From Methanoculleus marisnigri (GTDB lineage: Archaea; Halobacteriota; Methanomicrobia; Methanomicrobiales; Methanoculleaceae), in assembly GCA_002503885.1 (NCBI GenBank), contig DASQ01000041.1, positions 1-18,513 on the forward strand: 18,513 nt of DNA, read 5' to 3'. The notes beneath the pieces were generated by a model. It was not told the DNA's origin, searched no databases, and saw only the letters and a program-made list of their open reading frames with translations. Both the position numbers and the translations under genes were made by a program. Positions 15,440 through 18,513 of this stretch are shown in pieces (position 1 is the stretch's first letter; the number at the start of each line of letters is the position of its first letter).

Positions 15440-18217
15440 CTACTCGATCACAATCGCCGGCTTGAAGGGCAGGGCCCCCGAGGCCTTCGGGTGCGTGCTC
15501 TCCTCGGCGTTCCTGACCGTCACCGGCACGCCGAACTCGTGCTCCAGGAACGATCGAGCGCCTTCGAGGACTGCCTGCTCGTCGGGGGACGACCCTGCGA
15601 GCTGCTTCACGAGTTCGGGCGGCAATTTCAGTACGAGTTTCGTGATCTGCTTTGCCGCGTCCGTCGCCTCGCGCCCGCGCTTGCGCATCTCCTCGTTCTG
15701 CATGATCTCCCGCACCACCCTCGTCTTATCGGTCGAGGCTGCGATGATCCGGAAGGCCTCGTGCTTCCAGGCCGGAGCGACGAAGAGGCTGATGGACTTC
15801 GGCTCGATCGGGATGAGTTTGACGATCGACTCGATATCCTCGACCGTCCTTGAGAGGAGTTCTTCGGCGAGCTCGACATCCGGGTTGACCCGGGCCTCGT
15901 CCACCTCCGGCCAGGAGGCGAAGGAGACCATGCCTTCCCCGCCGATCTCGCTCCAGAGCGTCTCGCAGGTGAAGGGGATGATCGGGGCAAGCAGCCGCAC
16001 CCAGGTGCGGCAGAGGTCCTGCATCACGGCCCCGCCGGTTGCGCCCTCGGGCAGGCGGCGGCGGTACCACTTCAGGTCCGCCTCCACCCCGAAAAACGCC
16101 TCCTGCAGTGCCTGTCGGGTCTGGAACGAATCAAGCGCCGCGGTGACGCTCTCGATGCGGTGCTGGAGCCTGCTCGCGAGCCAGGCATCGATGTCGGAGG
16201 CTCCTTTGGCCTGCTTTGCCTCCTCGACCGTGGTCCAGAACCGCTCGATCTGCTTTCTGGTCGACGAGACGAGCTCGTTCCTCCAGTCAAAGTCCTGCCA
16301 GGGCTCTGCGCTCCCGACAAGGAACATCCTGACCGTATCGGCGCCGAACTCCTCCAGGGCATCCTCGAGCAGGAAGACGTTTCCTTTGCTCGACGACATC
16401 TTCGCCCCGTTCAAGAGGCCCATGCCGAAGACCACCATGCCCTTCGGCTGCAGTTTTGCCGGGAAGATAGCCCGGTGGTGGAAGAGCTGGAACGTGAGAT
16501 GGTTCGAGATGAGGTCCTTTGCCGAGAACCGGTAATCGTAGGGATACCAGTAGAGGAACTCGCTCCGGATCCGGTCGAGGGTCTCGCGGTCGACCGTGGT
16601 CGGGTTCCCCTCGCCCTTGAAGATGTACTCAAAGACGTCCGGCGTCAGTTTTTCCGGCGCTATGGCATTTAAGTGGTGAGCGATCGTGTAGTAGGCCATG
16701 TAGATCGTCGAGTCGGAGAGGGGCTCGATGATCCAGGTCGGGTCCCAGGGGAGCTTCGTGCCGAGCCCCACCCGCCGGGTGCAGGCCCAGTCCTTTAACC
16801 AGTCGACGGTCCGGTTGAACTCGGTCCGGACCTCGGGGGGAACGAGCGCCATCTCATCGAGCTGGGTCTTCACCTGCTCCTTCCAGCACGGGTCGCTGTA
16901 CTCCAGGAACCACTGGTCATGGAGGATCTTCACAAAGACCCTGCTGCCGCACCGGCAGATCACCTGGCGGTTGTCGAACTCATACATCGGGATGGAGCCG
17001 TAGCGCTCCATCATCAGCACCGCCACGTCGTCCCGGGCCTCCCGCACCGGCTTTCCGCCGTACTTGTCAAAGACCTTCCCGCGGGAGAACTCGGCGCTGT
17101 AGACCTCCTGGGTGAGCGCCTCCATTCCCGGATCGTTCTGGTCGCGGATGCCCGCCCGTTCGACTGCATCCTTTGCCGGGATCTCGCCGTAGCCCTCGAC
17201 GGAGATGAGCGGGACCGGCCGGATGGCCGTGTACTTCCCCTGCTGCTGCAGGTCGCGGAGCGCGATGTAGTCGAAGGGTGCGTGGGCGGGAACGCTCATG
17301 ACGATCCCGGTCCCCATATCCGGGTCCACGAACGATGCCGGCAGAACGGGGACCTCGCCGCTTAAGGGGTGAGAGACCGTCTGGTCGATGAGCGCCGTCC
17401 CGGGGATCTCCTCTCCCGCACGAACCTCGTGGTCCTGCAGGGCGAGTTTCGCTGCCGCCTCCCGGCTTACGATCCACTCTTTGCCGTCGAGCGTCACCCG
17501 TACGTAGGTGGTCTCCGGATTGACCCAGAGGTTCGTCACGCCGTAGACCGTCTCGGGCCGGAGCGTTGCGCACGGGACCAGGGCATCGCCCCAGGAGAAG
17601 ACCACCAGGGTGAACTTGATGATCTCGGCCTTCTCGCCCTCGAGCAGGTCGTGGTCGCCGACAGGGTTCTCGCACTGGGGACAGTACTTGACCGGGTGGG
17701 CACCCTTGACGACGTGCTCGTCCTCGTGCAGGTGCGCATACTGCCACTCGATGAACTTGCTGTACTGGGGGTCGACGGTGATGAACCGGCGCCGCCAGTC
17801 GATCGAGAGCCCGCACTTCTGCATCACGCGCCGGTACTCCTCCGAGAAGTGCCGGACAATCTCCATCGGGTTGATGAACCGGTCGAGGATATCCTGCGGC
17901 ACCCGGTAGAGGTCACGGTACAGCCCGACCGTCTTCGCGTCGCCGTTTGCGATCCTCTTCGATATCCCGATGACCGGAGTGCCGGTGACGTGGAACGCCA
18001 TCGGGAAAAGGACCTGCTTCCCCCTCATCCGCTGGTACCGGGCGACGACATCCGGAACGATGTAGGTCCGCCCGTGCCCGACGTGCATCGCCCCGCTTGG
18101 ATACGGGAATGCCACGGTCAGGTAGTACTTCTCCTTCTCAGCCGGATCAGCCTCGAACGCGTGCTCCCATCGGGCACTGCACTCCCGTTCGCTGCTTCGC
18201 ATATCAAGTCCGCTCAC
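15440..18217 (-). CDS. leuS: Leucyl-tRNA synthetase, archaeal/eukaryal type
   Basis: The HIGH-region variant HVGHGRTY, KMSSSKG (KMSKS) and the editing-domain and anticodon-binding-domain layout are typical of archaeal LeuRS. The ORF is 925 aa. The true start may be the Met 5 codons downstream of the listed start. Confidence 0.95.
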   Translation of the reverse strand: MSGLDMRSSERECSARWEHAFEADPAEKEKYYLTVAFPYPSGAMHVGHGRTYIVPDVVARYQRMRGKQVLFPMAFHVTGTPVIGISKRIANGDAKTVGLYRDLYRVPQDILDRFINPMEIVRHFSEEYRRVMQKCGLSIDWRRRFITVDPQYSKFIEWQYAHLHEDEHVVKGAHPVKYCPQCENPVGDHDLLEGEKAEIIKFTLVVFSWGDALVPCATLRPETVYGVTNLWVNPETTYVRVTLDGKEWIVSREAAAKLALQDHEVRAGEEIPGTALIDQTVSHPLSGEVPVLPASFVDPDMGTGIVMSVPAHAPFDYIALRDLQQQGKYTAIRPVPLISVEGYGEIPAKDAVERAGIRDQNDPGMEALTQEVYSAEFSRGKVFDKYGGKPVREARDDVAVLMMERYGSIPMYEFDNRQVICRCGSRVFVKILHDQWFLEYSDPCWKEQVKTQLDEMALVPPEVRTEFNRTVDWLKDWACTRRVGLGTKLPWDPTWIIEPLSDSTIYMAYYTIAHHLNAIAPEKLTPDVFEYIFKGEGNPTTVDRETLDRIRSEFLYWYPYDYRFSAKDLISNHLTFQLFHHRAIFPAKLQPKGMVVFGMGLLNGAKMSSSKGNVFLLEDALEEFGADTVRMFLVGSAEPWQDFDWRNELVSSTRKQIERFWTTVEEAKQAKGASDIDAWLASRLQHRIESVTAALDSFQTRQALQEAFFGVEADLKWYRRRLPEGATGGAVMQDLCRTWVRLLAPIIPFTCETLWSEIGGEGMVSFASWPEVDEARVNPDVELAEELLSRTVEDIESIVKLIPIEPKSISLFVAPAWKHEAFRIIAASTDKTRVVREIMQNEEMRKRGREATDAAKQITKLVLKLPPELVKQLAGSSPDEQAVLEGARSFLEHEFGVPVTVRNAEESTHPKASGALPFKPAIVIE

Positions 18218-18252
18218 TCTATGCCTCCAAACTCTGGATCAGTCATAATAAT

Positions 18253-18513
18253 CAGGCAGGAGACCCCCGGTTTAAACCGGGGGAGGAATGCCGTCTGCCT
18301 GTCCCGGCATACGGTTGTGTTCTCCAGGCAATACGGGTTCGGAGGGTACAATCTTCTCCCTTTGCGCTCTGCGTCACCCGCTTCCCGGTGACCGCGTTAT
18401 GCAATGACATCTTTCCTTTCAACGTTCCTCCGATGTACGTCAGCCCATACTTGACGTGCCGGACCAGCGTTCCCCGGGTGAACCCGAGCGACCGGGTTCC
18501 TCCGTAGGGTTTT
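18253..18513 (-). CDS. 3' end (last ~86 codons) of an unidentified ORF running off the window, 35 bp upstream of leuS on the same strand
   Basis: The open minus-strand frame translates to …KPYGGTRSLGFTRGTLVRHVKYGLTYIGGTLKGKMSLHNAVTGKRVTQSAKGEDCTLRTRIAWRTQPYAGTGRRHSSPGLNRGSPA*. The glycine-rich beta-strand pattern may indicate a small SH3/KOW-like barrel. The family is not identified. Confidence 0.35.

Noticed and set aside
15462-18391. Long plus-strand ORFs antisense to leuS (15462-16535 and 17369-18391), plus the minus-strand out-of-frame ORF 17067-17816
   Set aside because: High-GC antisense and shifted frames of an unambiguous leuS gene. The translations are Arg/Ser/Pro-rich nonsense.

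Overview
The window reads like a methanogen-type archaeal chromosome, probably Methanomicrobia-like: it has an archaeal-type leucyl-tRNA synthetase, a PAC2/PbaB proteasome chaperone, a tRNA-Arg gene with no encoded CCA, and TATA-box promoters. The right-hand third (13.2-18.5 kb) is GC-rich housekeeping DNA: tRNA-Arg(TCT), a PAC2 homologue co-transcribed with a small ORF, a small hypothetical gene, leuS, and the 3' end of one more ORF. 

The left two-thirds (about 0.27-11.2 kb) is a visibly more AT-rich island. It is bounded on the right by a complete IS630/Tc1-mariner-family insertion sequence (11191-12429, TA duplication, 20-bp terminal inverted repeats). On the left it is bounded by an identical, inverted 140-bp end-fragment of the same IS (129-267). 

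Inside the island are two divergent operons that look like a membrane-remodelling module. The minus-strand operon encodes a small unknown protein, an 898-aa TPR+HEAT-repeat protein with an internal ~750-bp tandem duplication, and a Vps4/spastin-clade AAA+ ATPase with a MIT-like N-terminus; its three genes are linked by ATGA overlaps. The plus-strand operon encodes two paralogous ~200-aa coiled-coil proteins with acidic C-termini that I read as ESCRT-III/Snf7/PspA-like. These are followed by a double-zinc-ribbon/SPFH (Band_7_1, COG4260-like)/long coiled-coil/zinc-ribbon protein, a protein with a C-terminal zinc ribbon, and a 10xTPR protein ending in a topoisomerase-type C4 zinc finger. 

Between the IS and the tRNA lie an IS5-family transposase remnant and GC-rich hairpin repeats. 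The hairpin repeats recur, inverted, in the long convergent intergenic region upstream of leuS. No CRISPR array or rRNA is present. All family assignments rest on motif recognition by eye and need an HMM or structure search to confirm.
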